IMG/VR virus record: IMGVR_UViG_2695420423_000004
Reading direction: 5' to 3' (one strand)
Length of the DNA: 64,000 nucleotides
Source: a virus
Lineage: Duplodnaviria > Heunggongvirae > Uroviricota > Caudoviricetes
In this document: positions 9,867 through 19,888 of the stretch, in pieces
How positions within the stretch are numbered: the first letter of the stretch is position 1
Layout of the letters: every line of letters begins with the position of its first letter
Program-made: the position numbers and the translations under genes
The notes under the pieces: model-generated
Database searches by the model: none
What the model saw: the letters and a program-made list of their open reading frames with translations, nothing else
What the model was told of the DNA's origin: nothing

Positions 9867-10682
9867 TTAGCCAAGGCGCTTACGGCGCAGTTTCATTGAC
9901 TTTTTGCGGGCAAGTTTTGCCGCGCCGGTCTGGGCTTTTCGACGCGCTTTTTTCAGCGCCGATTTTTGAGCCGCAGTCAGACGTTTTTTCCGCAGGCGTT
10001 TACGGATGAGTTTGATCTCACCGTTACGAACAACCTTCTTAAATGCTTCAGTCAGCATTTCATCAGAAGTGCCAGCAACAACAAACGCCGCTTCCAGTTC
10101 GTCGCGGTCGTCGCTATCTAAACCAGCGATAGAGGCACCAACATCAGCAGCAGCGTCGTCGTCTTCATCGTCAGCCAGTGCTTCGATCATGTCATCATCT
10201 ACACCGCATGCTGCGAGGAAGTCAGCAACATTTGCCCATGCTTCGTTATAGGCATCGTCCTGTTCTTCTGTAACTTCGGAGTCGTCGTCATCAGAGATAC
10301 CAGCGATAGCCTGAACGAAACCATCAAGGGAGTCGAAAGTCAGATCACCGCTATCAGCCCAGGCGAAAACGGCGTCGGCCGCATCACTCAACGCATTCTG
10401 CATCGCACTTCGATTTGCAGCTTCCAGAATCATCTGGTGCGCCTGTTCAACGGTCCATTCTTTACCGTCTTTCTCTTCCAGGATTTGCTCAGGAGCCGGA
10501 TCAGATGGAACGTTATCGTTAGTCTGTGCCGCCGGTTCCGGATTATTATTAATAACCGGATCTGTTGGCGGTTCGGCGCTTGCTCGGGCAGACTCCATCA
10601 GCTGCACAGGATCAGAGTTCAAAGCGAAACGGGACAGTCCATTCCCCAAAAATGCCCCGGATTGAAAAAAGTTTTTGCTCAT
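9867..10682 (-). CDS. hypothetical protein with acidic core and basic C-terminal tail
   Basis: 271 aa; Asp/Glu-rich middle and KRLRKKRL...RRKRLG end. Confidence 0.45.
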   Translation of the reverse strand: MSKNFFQSGAFLGNGLSRFALNSDPVQLMESARASAEPPTDPVINNNPEPAAQTNDNVPSDPAPEQILEEKDGKEWTVEQAHQMILEAANRSAMQNALSDAADAVFAWADSGDLTFDSLDGFVQAIAGISDDDDSEVTEEQDDAYNEAWANVADFLAACGVDDDMIEALADDEDDDAAADVGASIAGLDSDDRDELEAAFVVAGTSDEMLTEAFKKVVRNGEIKLIRKRLRKKRLTAAQKSALKKARRKAQTGAAKLARKKSMKLRRKRLG

Positions 10683-10691
10683 TGTATTCCC

Positions 10692-12281
10692 TTACTTAAT
10701 AAGCAGCGGTACGCCCTGGATACGACGGGCTACGCCAGTCGGGCAGCAGGCCCAGACTGCTTCCCATTTATCGAATTCCGCCTGCGTAACTTTCAGCACA
10801 TACGGTTCTGTACCGTCAGCATCAGGATCACGAGGAGCCACCAGAGCGCCGGAGGCGACAAAGCGATCTAAAAGTTTGGTCATCCCTTTAGTCAGACCAG
10901 CCGCAGTAATACCGTCCGGGCTATGCTTCATCTGTCGGGCTAACTGGACAAAGAAACGGCTGATTGCATTCATCAGGGATGGGACGTGCTGGAAGTGCAG
11001 ATAGTTATCCTGCGTGCAGCAAGTTAAAGCATCGTCGATGATCATCTGGCCAGAGGTGCCAACAGATACTTTATTGAGACGGCCCTTGACCATTGCTTCT
11101 TCGTCCGGGGTATCTTCCGGATACAGCGGTTGAATTGACGCACGAGCAATGACGGCACGTTCTTCACCAGCCGGTGAGTAATGCCAACCGCCGACATCAG
11201 AGTTTTTCTTGACGCCACGAGCTTTCGCCGCATACGCCGAGCCAGACAGACCGAAGACCACACGGGATTGGGTCCATTTGTCTTTGCAGGAGAACGGGAA
11301 GTGATAGACAGCACAGCTTACATAATCGGTACCAAGTAAACCGGTATCTTCAACAGCAGAGATCGCTTCCGTGTACGTCAATGTCGGTTTGACATCAAAG
11401 AAGCCATCAATCAGGCGATCTGCACAGATTTTACCTAATGCGGTGATAGCCGCATTGTCATAGCAGCCCAAGCCAAGAACAGCGGTGTACATGTACGGCG
11501 CATTGTTCAGCACTTTCACCGCACGCAGGTACGCAGCGGTTGAGATTTTCGACTGATCACCGTTGGTACCACCAGTGAACGCCAACGATTTTTTGTTTGT
11601 TACTTTCGCTGTAGAAATCAGCTCTTCATTAACAACCGCGCGCAGATATTTAGAACGGGCTTCCAGAGCCGTAGGCAGATAACACAAGCGGCCCATGTCA
11701 TCTTTCGCTTCTTCCGCCAAAGACACAGTGTGTGTCTCCAGGGTCGTTACCACACCGAGCGAAGTCGTCTGGGTCAGTTTTAAGAGGAAGCGTTCATTAC
11801 CCGCGCTGTCCGCTGTTGCCGTTTCGATGGTTAACTCACGGGTAGGTGAAATACACGGATCACCATCATCAACGTAGATAGCAAAGGCTTCGCCGCTATC
11901 AAGTTCAATTTCAGAACCATATGGCAACGCACTGTAAGCCGGTTCGCCTGATTCATCGAACATAATAATCGGGAACTTCGCATCATCCGGAACAGCACGG
12001 ACAACATAACCAGACGTTTGCTGAATAGCTTCGTACACATGGCGAATTGGTTCGAACTGTGAGCCGGAGGACGGCTTCAGCGGTTCGCCGAGAACATCTT
12101 CGTAATTGGACTCAGTAACTGCAAGAACAGTAAACGGCTTGCCACGCGCAAATACGCCAATACCAGCCCACAAGCTGCTATTTAATGCAACACCGGTAGA
12201 TAACGTCGCATCGGCATTGATCGGGCTAACAGCGACGCCGGATGCATTACCTAATGACTGTTGAATTGAATATTGAGACAT
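10692..12281 (-). CDS. probable contractile tail sheath protein (P1 gene 22 by position and size)
   Basis: 529-aa ORF next to the putative capsid gene and par locus; assignment by synteny, no motif seen. Confidence 0.5.
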   Translation of the reverse strand: MSQYSIQQSLGNASGVAVSPINADATLSTGVALNSSLWAGIGVFARGKPFTVLAVTESNYEDVLGEPLKPSSGSQFEPIRHVYEAIQQTSGYVVRAVPDDAKFPIIMFDESGEPAYSALPYGSEIELDSGEAFAIYVDDGDPCISPTRELTIETATADSAGNERFLLKLTQTTSLGVVTTLETHTVSLAEEAKDDMGRLCYLPTALEARSKYLRAVVNEELISTAKVTNKKSLAFTGGTNGDQSKISTAAYLRAVKVLNNAPYMYTAVLGLGCYDNAAITALGKICADRLIDGFFDVKPTLTYTEAISAVEDTGLLGTDYVSCAVYHFPFSCKDKWTQSRVVFGLSGSAYAAKARGVKKNSDVGGWHYSPAGEERAVIARASIQPLYPEDTPDEEAMVKGRLNKVSVGTSGQMIIDDALTCCTQDNYLHFQHVPSLMNAISRFFVQLARQMKHSPDGITAAGLTKGMTKLLDRFVASGALVAPRDPDADGTEPYVLKVTQAEFDKWEAVWACCPTGVARRIQGVPLLIK

Positions 12282-12341
12282 AACTTTCCCTGTTATGCGC
12301 CCCGCACGGGGGCGCTATGTTAAACGGAGAACTTCCCCTGA

Positions 12342-14069
12342 TTACTCAGAGTCACCGGCATCAATCGTGTCGCCGCTTATAAAGTTAAGCCCGCCTTTTT
12401 TGGCCATTGTCAGCGTTACACGAGTGAAGTAATCAGCGCCGTTGCGTGGGTGCATATCGTTGATAGCCGAACCCCACAGCGTGGTACGGTTGACCAGCGC
12501 CGGAGTGGTCGGATGCTGGAACGGGATGGCCGGGACAGCATCACCAGTCACGAAGCCTGCTTTACCCGGATTTTCATCACGGACGTAGCACAGCACATCC
12601 ATCGAGCTGAACTGAATGTTCTCTGTCGTTAAGTTCTTACAAATACCAGCAGGTACTTCGTACACTTTCACGTTACCGAACAGGGTACCGATGTAGTGAA
12701 CATACGGAGTCTGGATATAGTCTTCGGCTGGCTGGAAGAAATCCTTCGGCAACTGTTTGAAGAAAGATGCTGCATCAGCACCAGCAAACATCCCCATCGC
12801 ACCAGAAGATTTAACGCGCTCAATAATGTCGCGATATACAGTCTGGAATTTGCCACGAATGATGGTTGCCCATACATCAAAGGACTGGTTAACCGGCAGA
12901 GCGATGTCAAAGGTGTCGGTCGCAAGAGTACGCCAGATCATGATGCGGAGACGCAACATATCCTGTTCATGGGACAGGTATTCTTTCAGGGTGCGGAACT
13001 GTAGGGAACCCAGGTCCAGACCAAATTCACGCTGTGCTTCATACGCTGCCTGTACCGTGTGCTCAGCCGCGATAACGAACTGGCTTGGGAACAGGGTGTA
13101 TTTCTTCATTTCGTGGTTGATCAGCGGGATCAGCTCAGGAGCGGCTTCAATATTGATTTCCGTCTCAATTGCGATCTCAGTGCCTTTATCCGGCGCTTTG
13201 GAGAACGACAGGGCAATCTGACCAATGTTGTAGTTCAGAGAGCAGGTAACAGTGATTTGCTCACCAGCAGCATTAGTAAACGAGTGAAGTAGGCTGCCGG
13301 AACCGTTATCAACAACAGACTTAATACGGTTAACGTAGATGTTAGTGCGACCTTTTCGGATTGGTACATTCTGGCCTTCGAAGTCTTCCATCTTGAAGGT
13401 TGCGGTTTTGCTGGTGCCATCGGAGCTTGCCACCAGCACATAGCGGCGGCGTAACTGGCTGTACACACCGACGGATTGCATGTCCAGAACATCACCAGCA
13501 GCATAAGAACCAAAAGAGGAACCTGCCACGTTAAAGACTTCATAGATGTCGGACTGGTCACGCGTAACCGGAATGAAGGTACACGCATCAGCGGTAGCTG
13601 CCCCCAACTGAACAGGCAGGATCATCGCGAGGAATAAAGGCAGACGCATAACACCGTCAGAAACGCTCATCATCTCTGCTGCGACGGATTCCAGCATCGC
13701 TTTATTAGTGGCATCCATGCTATTGCGGGTGGACTCAATCAGGCAGTTTTCCAGCGTCTGGTGGCAGGAGGCCAGAATTTCCGGACGCGGCATAGATTTA
13801 TGTGCTGCGGCGTAGTCAGCCAGTGCACTTGCCCACGCTGTAGCGATTTGAGCGGTGGCATTATCAGAGATACCCGCAAAAACCGGGTCTTTACGTGCAG
13901 CTTCAAGGATAGATGCGGCACGCGCGGCATCATCTTTAATGAATTGGTTATCAGTACCGAACTGCGCAGTGCTTGCCCAGCCAAGCACAGCTTTAGAGCG
14001 TTTTGCGATATCTGCAATACGATTCTGGTATTCGCGTAAGTTACTCAATTTACTCTTCCTTAAACACAA
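12342..14069 (-). CDS. probable major head protein (P1 gene 23 by position and size)
   Basis: 575-aa ORF immediately next to the par centromere region; assignment by synteny only. Confidence 0.45.
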   Translation of the reverse strand: MCLRKSKLSNLREYQNRIADIAKRSKAVLGWASTAQFGTDNQFIKDDAARAASILEAARKDPVFAGISDNATAQIATAWASALADYAAAHKSMPRPEILASCHQTLENCLIESTRNSMDATNKAMLESVAAEMMSVSDGVMRLPLFLAMILPVQLGAATADACTFIPVTRDQSDIYEVFNVAGSSFGSYAAGDVLDMQSVGVYSQLRRRYVLVASSDGTSKTATFKMEDFEGQNVPIRKGRTNIYVNRIKSVVDNGSGSLLHSFTNAAGEQITVTCSLNYNIGQIALSFSKAPDKGTEIAIETEINIEAAPELIPLINHEMKKYTLFPSQFVIAAEHTVQAAYEAQREFGLDLGSLQFRTLKEYLSHEQDMLRLRIMIWRTLATDTFDIALPVNQSFDVWATIIRGKFQTVYRDIIERVKSSGAMGMFAGADAASFFKQLPKDFFQPAEDYIQTPYVHYIGTLFGNVKVYEVPAGICKNLTTENIQFSSMDVLCYVRDENPGKAGFVTGDAVPAIPFQHPTTPALVNRTTLWGSAINDMHPRNGADYFTRVTLTMAKKGGLNFISGDTIDAGDSE

Positions 14070-14099
14070 GGCACTTGTGTGAATCCCTTTTCGGAAGAG

Positions 14100-14310
14100 A
14101 TTTTATTGAAAGTCACTTGTTGACTTTCTCGCTAAAAGTAATTTTTTAAATTTTTTGTGCGGGGGAGGGGGGCAAGTAAAACAGGCGTGAAACCGTGGGA
14201 ATTTCAGTCTGAAATTTTTCATGAATATCTATATATATCATATATTTATACATGAAATAGACGCGGGACATTTTAGACAGGGGAGGGGGCTAAAGCCGCC
14301 TCCCACCAGC
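14100..14310 (-). promoter_or_regulatory. parS-like partition site region
   Basis: Non-coding AT-rich stretch downstream of parB with ATTTCA heptamer-like repeats, an 8-bp palindrome (gaaagtca/tgactttc) and two flanking GGGGAGGGGG tracts. Confidence 0.35.
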
Positions 14311-14314
14311 GGGA

Positions 14315-15280
14315 TTATTCCCCAGCAGACATTTTCCCAATGATTTTTTTTATTGCTTCGTCAATTTCAGTTTGCACTTCAGACGGGAGTCTGGAGAACT
14401 CGTAGGCGACAACCCGTTTTTTCGGATCGGACTTCTTTCGGGCATATTGGCGACGGTCAGAGAAGTCTCGCAGCTTCTCAACCACCACAGATTTAACCGG
14501 CGCGGGCTTCAGGCTTTTGCTTTCCGCTTTGAAGATAGCCAGTATCTTCGCTTTATCCTCTTTCGCGCCCTCAGTCTCTGCAATTCGTTCGCGCACCGTA
14601 TCAACCAGCTCTTCAATCGGCACGCTTTTAGCGTTAGCATCCTCGGCGATCTGGAGCAGTAACTGGTAATCTGGAAGGGCGAGATCGCTGGCTACGGGGA
14701 AGACAGCAATCATCTCATCCGGCACCGCGGCAGCCTGGAAAGCTCGCGTCACTTTAGCCTTTGAAATGTTCTCAGCGCGGGCGATCTCTTCTTTGGTCAT
14801 GCTCTTACCATACATAACCTCGAAGCGTTTACCCAGTTCGCGCAGGGTGTGTTCGCGGGCTGTCTGGATATCAATGGCCAGCTGGCGTGCATCCGCCAGG
14901 CTGATCTCATCTTTCGTCACCAGAATCTCAAATTTCGTTTCATTGAAGATACACGCAGCGCGGCGACGTGATCCGTCCAATACCTCAATGCGCTCCCCAA
15001 CCATACGACCGATAGCCGGGAAGAACTGTTGCAATTTAATGGTGCGGGAAATATCGCTTACCGACTCAGGTGTGAGCAGAGACTGATCGCGGCCGTTAAC
15101 TGCCGGGTCAACGAACGTGCGCGACTCAATCTCACCACTCAGCACAACGGTAAGCAAAAATTTAGCCTGGCGGCCAGATTTTAGGGTAAAGGTTTTGGTG
15201 CCTTCACTGCCTTCAAGCATGCGAGCAAACTCGGAGCTATTCTTGCCCAGCACTCGTCCACGGGAAACTATTTTTTTCAT
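14315..15280 (-). CDS. parB: ParB partition protein
   Basis: 321 aa, ParB-like; overlaps the parA stop by 4 nt. Confidence 0.85.
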   Translation of the reverse strand: MKKIVSRGRVLGKNSSEFARMLEGSEGTKTFTLKSGRQAKFLLTVVLSGEIESRTFVDPAVNGRDQSLLTPESVSDISRTIKLQQFFPAIGRMVGERIEVLDGSRRRAACIFNETKFEILVTKDEISLADARQLAIDIQTAREHTLRELGKRFEVMYGKSMTKEEIARAENISKAKVTRAFQAAAVPDEMIAVFPVASDLALPDYQLLLQIAEDANAKSVPIEELVDTVRERIAETEGAKEDKAKILAIFKAESKSLKPAPVKSVVVEKLRDFSDRRQYARKKSDPKKRVVAYEFSRLPSEVQTEIDEAIKKIIGKMSAGE

Positions 15281-16488
15281 GCCGCCTCACCCCTAACAAA
15301 CTCAATTCGATCAAACACAGCCTTAGTGAAACGCTCGGCCTCGGTTCGTGCCTTCTTCAGCGCCTCTGCACTGCCTGGATACGATTGCGGGTTGGCACTG
15401 ATTACGGTGTCGAAAGACTCGCCGCATCGCTCAAATCCATCCAGACGAGGCAGAGAAGAGTCCAGAATGTTGCTGGCGTAAACCTCACGCGCAAGGCTGT
15501 GTGATGTCTCGTGATCGCGCTTGCCGGTCATCTTCGACATAAAACCAATGCTGGCGCTTAAACGCGGTTCTACGCCTTCCTCCTCCAGTTGCTCCAGCAT
15601 TTCTGGCAGACGGGTGAGATATTTCAGTGTTGAGTGGAAGTCAACCTGGGCTGGTGGGGTAGGGGTAAGCAGCAAATCGCTGGCCGCCAGACCGTTGAGC
15701 AGGAACGGATCCAGGTGTGGACCGGTATCAATAAAGATAAAGTCATAATCATCCGCAACACGATCAATGATATTGCGTCGAAGGATTTCGTACTGATTTT
15801 GTCCGGGAAGATGCTCTTCAACCAGCTCTTTCCATTGGCTGGCAACAAAGCCATCGTCGATAGAGGCTGGAATCACGTCTACGCCAGGAACGATGGTCGG
15901 ACGAATCACCTCTTTGCGTAGCGTCTCCGCGTCCAGGTCGTTCAGCATCGCCTGCGCGGCGGTTTCCAGGATGGAACCAATACTGTGAGTATGGTCGAGG
16001 AACATTGTGCTGGATGCCTGAGGGTCAAGGTCAATTACCAGAATGCGCAGATCGTGACGCAGTAAATCCTGATGCACACGCAGAGCGTGCGCCAACGTGA
16101 CTGTGGAAACCGTTTTGGATACGCCACCCTTCAGGTTTACGACAAAAATAACGTAAGGCGATTTGTGAATGTCGCGATATTTTGGGATCTTACGGTGGGC
16201 ATAGATATCAATGACGTTCTGGATGGTCAGCGCGTACTGTTCAACGTTACCGACCTGTTTCTTGTTGAACTGGTACCCATCATCTTCCATCTCTTTGATG
16301 GCCTGCTCCACAATGCGGCGGCTCAGCTTCGGCAACTTTGCCACAGCGTTACGAGTGAACGTCTGATAATACTCGGTCTGATTGAACTCTTTGCGCTGAT
16401 CTTCAATATCCTGACTCATGGCCTTAAGTAATGCGCTTGCACGAAGAGCTATGGTGCCGACACCGCCGTAATCGCGTTTCATCATCAT
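15277..16488 (-). CDS. parA: ParA partition ATPase
   Basis: 403 aa; Walker A VNLKGGVSKT; P1/P7-type ParA with N-terminal extension. Confidence 0.85.
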   Translation of the reverse strand: MMMKRDYGGVGTIALRASALLKAMSQDIEDQRKEFNQTEYYQTFTRNAVAKLPKLSRRIVEQAIKEMEDDGYQFNKKQVGNVEQYALTIQNVIDIYAHRKIPKYRDIHKSPYVIFVVNLKGGVSKTVSTVTLAHALRVHQDLLRHDLRILVIDLDPQASSTMFLDHTHSIGSILETAAQAMLNDLDAETLRKEVIRPTIVPGVDVIPASIDDGFVASQWKELVEEHLPGQNQYEILRRNIIDRVADDYDFIFIDTGPHLDPFLLNGLAASDLLLTPTPPAQVDFHSTLKYLTRLPEMLEQLEEEGVEPRLSASIGFMSKMTGKRDHETSHSLAREVYASNILDSSLPRLDGFERCGESFDTVISANPQSYPGSAEALKKARTEAERFTKAVFDRIEFVRGEAA

Positions 16489-16595
16489 CTCCTTATCATT
16501 ACGTATGAGTGAATTGTACGTTTGATTCTGCTACGTGCAACTTATTTTGATTCGTGCGTAAATTATTGCACGTAAAGAAATGGCGATGAGGCTAT

Positions 16596-16881
16596 TAGAT
16601 GTGTGCTGGAGGGATGATGCAGGACCAGAATGTGCGATAGAGGGAAGTCGCATTGAATTATGTGTTGTGGAGGGATCGCTGGTATCAAATATGTGCGCTG
16701 AAGGGAAAGATAGAAGATTAGATGTGCGCTGGAGGGAAACTTGGATGGTTAGATGTGTGCTGGAGGGAATGTCTGGGCAAACTGCGTGGCGCAACCCTCC
16801 AGCGCACACCAAAAACAGGAAAATGGGCAGGCATTCCCGGCAGCGCACATTTTTCAAATGCAGCTGCCCTCCAGCACACAC
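16596..16881. repeat. incA iteron array (about 9 RepA-binding repeats, both orientations)
   Basis: GATGTGTGCTGGAGGGA-type 19-bp repeats and their reverse complements, immediately downstream of repA. Confidence 0.75.
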
Positions 16882-17742
16882 TTATTCGGGAAGTTTCAGC
16901 TTTGGATTGCGAGAATGGACGATTACAAAACTTTCCCGGCCTTTCTTCTCAATTGAACAGTCGAGATAGCCGATTGTTTTAAGCTGTTCTATCGCTTTCT
17001 TAATGATACGGTTTTGCTCGCCAACAGCTGACTGCAAAGCCAGGCGCTCACGGATTCGCGCGAACGATAGCGGCAACGGGTTCTGCGGAAGGCTTTCGAT
17101 GAAAGTGTAAATGGCTTGTGCAGCTTCTTTCTTCGGAAGGGCACGCAAGGCGTGGTGTTGCAACAGAACGCGATAATCAAGCTGGAACAGCTCCCAGAGC
17201 TTCGAATCGGCCTCCAGCTCTATCAGATCAAGATCAGCATCAAAACGCCCGACCTTCAGAAGACCAGTCTGATAGCCGCCTTTAGCATCTTTTCCGCGCT
17301 TAAAAGCGATACCCTTGTTACGCAAGCGTCCAAGTGATTCATGAATGGTTAAACGCAGTTTCGCATCCAGACGTTTTGAGGGGAAACCACAGGCTTTAGC
17401 GAATTCCTGAAACGATAACTGGATGGTGTTTGAGGACAAGCCGTATTTGCTGAACGCGTAGATGACACCGATCCACGTTTTGAAATCAGTATCCATATCG
17501 AGTCGAGGACCGGTGATTTTAATATCATCGTAACCCTCGGCTTTAGCTATCTCCAGCTGGGAAAACGCTTTGGTGGCATCAATCTCTTTACTTTCTCCTT
17601 TGCTCTTTGATGGCTTCGGAACGAATACCCCCAAGCGCATCAATGCTACAGGCTGGACAGTGTTGTTTGAATTAACTGTTAGTTCTTTTGCCTTACTTTC
17701 AATGTCTGCGTAAAGAATATCGGAGATAAATGATTGATTCAT
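16882..17742 (-). CDS. repA: RepA plasmid replication initiator
   Basis: 286 aa, same size as P1 RepA; flanked by iteron arrays. Confidence 0.85.
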   Translation of the reverse strand: MNQSFISDILYADIESKAKELTVNSNNTVQPVALMRLGVFVPKPSKSKGESKEIDATKAFSQLEIAKAEGYDDIKITGPRLDMDTDFKTWIGVIYAFSKYGLSSNTIQLSFQEFAKACGFPSKRLDAKLRLTIHESLGRLRNKGIAFKRGKDAKGGYQTGLLKVGRFDADLDLIELEADSKLWELFQLDYRVLLQHHALRALPKKEAAQAIYTFIESLPQNPLPLSFARIRERLALQSAVGEQNRIIKKAIEQLKTIGYLDCSIEKKGRESFVIVHSRNPKLKLPE

Positions 17743-17799
17743 ATTACTTTTTCCGAATTGTGTGGATAGTTTTTATAAGTGGTGATAACTACCCAGGCT

Positions 17800-17905
17800 T
17801 TCCCGTCAGCACACATCCTATATCCCGCCAGCACACATTAGCAACCCGTCAGCACACATTTTTATCCCTCCAGCACACATCGTTTTCCCTCCAGCACACA
17901 TCGCG
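17800..17905. repeat. incC iterons (5 direct repeats) of the plasmid origin
   Basis: Five CAGCACACAT-core repeats upstream of repA. Confidence 0.75.
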
Positions 17906-17939
17906 ATACACTTCTAAGCCAGACGTGGCGCGGCCTGCA

Positions 17940-18020
17940 ACGATCAGGGATCTATATGGATCTAATTGGGATCTGTATGGACCTAATTATTGGATCTACC
18001 CAGTGGATAATGTGGATAAG
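17940..18020. other. oriR core: five GATC (Dam) sites plus tandem DnaA boxes
   Basis: GATC at 17942, 17949, 17960, 17971, 17993; agtggataa and tgtggataa DnaA boxes at 18002-18019; matches P1 oriR architecture. Confidence 0.65.
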
Positions 18021-18025
18021 TGAAA

Positions 18026-18046
18026 AACCGGCCAACATAGCCGGTT
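18026..18046. terminator. hairpin, possible bidirectional terminator
   Basis: aaccggc-caacata-gccggtt between oriR and the convergent minus-strand gene. Confidence 0.35.
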
Positions 18047-18059
18047 GGAAGGAAGGGTA

Positions 18060-18452
18060 TTATTCTACGCTTTCGATAAGAAGACCATGTTCATAGCATT
18101 TAAGCTCATCGCCTTCATACAGGAACTGGTATCCAATACCACCATATTCAGGCACATTAGGGAATAACTCATCACTTACCGAAGAACAAATCACACCAAT
18201 GCAGCGATCAACGCCTTCTCGTTCTTCAGTGCTGAAAAAATCCTCTTCGGTAAGAACATGAGTGCATTGCTCATCAGCATAGGTCGGAAATACATGCTCG
18301 ATGCAATCCGGGTGTTTTAAACCAAGCTGATCGGCAAGCTCGAAAGCATGACGGTATTGTTCAGATCCTGGCTTGCCAACAGTGATTTGCTCAATTTTGT
18401 AGATTGAAGTCGCTTTGTTGATAGTTTGCTTTACTGTTACTTTATCAGACAT
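18060..18452 (-). CDS. hypothetical protein
   Basis: 130-aa ORF. Confidence 0.5.
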   Translation of the reverse strand: MSDKVTVKQTINKATSIYKIEQITVGKPGSEQYRHAFELADQLGLKHPDCIEHVFPTYADEQCTHVLTEEDFFSTEEREGVDRCIGVICSSVSDELFPNVPEYGGIGYQFLYEGDELKCYEHGLLIESVE

Positions 18453-18463
18453 AAAAATCCCTT

Positions 18464-18796
18464 TTAGTTACCGCTGATAGCGCGGTTGTAATCATTAACG
18501 TTGCGATTCTTCCTGTTAATCCCCATCAGCATCGTTTCTGTATCAAGGATATAGGCTGGCAGATCATCAAAATATTCACTGCTAAACTCTGGCATCCTGC
18601 ACATAAATGCACTTTTGGGGGCAGGGTGATTAACCTTTGTCGGCGTCGGCGTTAAATTCGCTGATCGACTCCCGGAGCAACCGCTGAGTGTCAACAGGAA
18701 TGCGCTGGCGAACACTACCCGACGCAACCAGTTGTTTCTGAACTTCAGCTTTTCGTTCCATTTGTCTGTCTGCATACTTCGCTTGTTCTGATTCAT
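18464..18796 (-). CDS. lipoprotein, o-spanin-like (Rz1-like)
   Basis: Lipobox LTLSGC; Pro-rich LTPTPTKVNHPAPK; gene starts inside the upstream gene in another frame. Confidence 0.4.
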   Translation of the reverse strand: MNQNKRSMQTDKWNEKLKFRNNWLRRVVFASAFLLTLSGCSGSRSANLTPTPTKVNHPAPKSAFMCRMPEFSSEYFDDLPAYILDTETMLMGINRKNRNVNDYNRAISGN

Positions 18797-19052
18797 TTTT
18801 CACTTCCTGGCTGTGAAAATGTTGATCCGCTTTATTCATCGTCTCAATGGTCTGGTTAAGATCAATGATTGACTTATCGCGCTCCTTAACAGCCTGATCA
18901 AGGCTGCCAATTTTTTCCAAGGCTTGCTTTAACTGATAACGTTCCCATGCAAACCCAGCACCAACAAGTACGCAAATCAGGACAAGAACACCAGTAACAG
19001 CAAGTTTCTCCTTCAAAGACAAAGCTGTTTTTAACGTTGAAAAAAACGACAT
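18630..19052 (-). CDS. membrane-anchored coiled-coil protein, i-spanin-like (Rz-like)
   Basis: 140 aa; N-terminal transmembrane segment VTGVLVLICVLVGAGFAW then a charged coiled-coil region; overlaps the lipoprotein gene. Confidence 0.4.
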   Translation of the reverse strand: MSFFSTLKTALSLKEKLAVTGVLVLICVLVGAGFAWERYQLKQALEKIGSLDQAVKERDKSIIDLNQTIETMNKADQHFHSQEVKNESEQAKYADRQMERKAEVQKQLVASGSVRQRIPVDTQRLLRESISEFNADADKG

Positions 19053-19091
19053 TTCTTCCTCCTGAAGAAAAATTATCTGTGAAGTCCTTTG

Positions 19092-19880
19092 TTAAAGTGT
19101 CGCCTTGTTTAATTCATCAAGAACAGAATCAGGAACCAAAGCTGCGACTGCGCTGGCGGTGCTGGCCTTATTTGCTGATGCTTCCGCCAGCGCGGTTCCG
19201 ATAGCATGGTTATAAGCAGTTATGGCTACGCTGGCGCTTTCCTTCGCTCGTTCATACTGCTGTTGCAATGCTGCTACCGGTACTGTTGTCTGGTCGAAAA
19301 AAGCACCAAATTGTTCAGTAGCTTCCTTCAGTGCTTCAACTTGTTGTTCTGTCAGTGCTGGTGGGGGAGTCACTGCGCCGCCACCTGAATCAGAGCCTAA
19401 CGAGCTTCCTGAGCCTGTGTTAAGGGTCTGGTTAATGTCCCCCATAGCAGCGACTAAACTCGACGCATTAAGCGCATTTACAGCGTCCTCAAGCGATTTC
19501 GTTGTAGTCGCGTCACCAATGGCAATAGAGATCGGCAGTTCTGAAACTTCTCGCTCATTAGCACGACAGTAAACATCCCAACCAATATCGAGTTGAAGGA
19601 GCATTGACAGATCAGCATAACCAGCCAACAGGTCCGCGTGCTGAGTTGCCAGTTCTCCAATGTTCGTTAAGCCGGTTGTGGTTGTTCTGATCGTTGAAAC
19701 ATAGCTGGTAATAGTGTCGGGATAGACAATTGTATCCAGAATTAATCCGGTCAATTCTTCTGCAAGCAGTTTTGCTGTGTTAGCACTGTTTCGTGCCGAT
19801 GTTATGGCACCAGGTGTTTTCATCCCACCGGCGGCGGCCAATTTTTTATATGCGGATAACTGGTAGTCTTTTTCCAGCAT
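19092..19880 (-). CDS. hypothetical protein
   Basis: Track ORF 19092..19937; ATG at 19880 has an AGGAG 5 nt upstream and avoids overlap with the upstream gene. Confidence 0.5.
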   Translation of the reverse strand: MLEKDYQLSAYKKLAAAGGMKTPGAITSARNSANTAKLLAEELTGLILDTIVYPDTITSYVSTIRTTTTGLTNIGELATQHADLLAGYADLSMLLQLDIGWDVYCRANEREVSELPISIAIGDATTTKSLEDAVNALNASSLVAAMGDINQTLNTGSGSSLGSDSGGGAVTPPPALTEQQVEALKEATEQFGAFFDQTTVPVAALQQQYERAKESASVAITAYNHAIGTALAEASANKASTASAVAALVPDSVLDELNKATL

Positions 19881-19888
19881 GATATCTC

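Noticed and set aside
16531-16982. Several overlapping 60-130-aa ORFs on both strands
   Set aside because: They lie entirely within the incA iteron array; their repetitive, Cys/Gly-rich translations reflect the repeats and not genes.
16596-17905. Possible CRISPR array because of short direct repeats
   Set aside because: The repeats are 19-bp RepA iterons with irregular spacing and both orientations, flanking repA; no uniform spacers and no cas genes.
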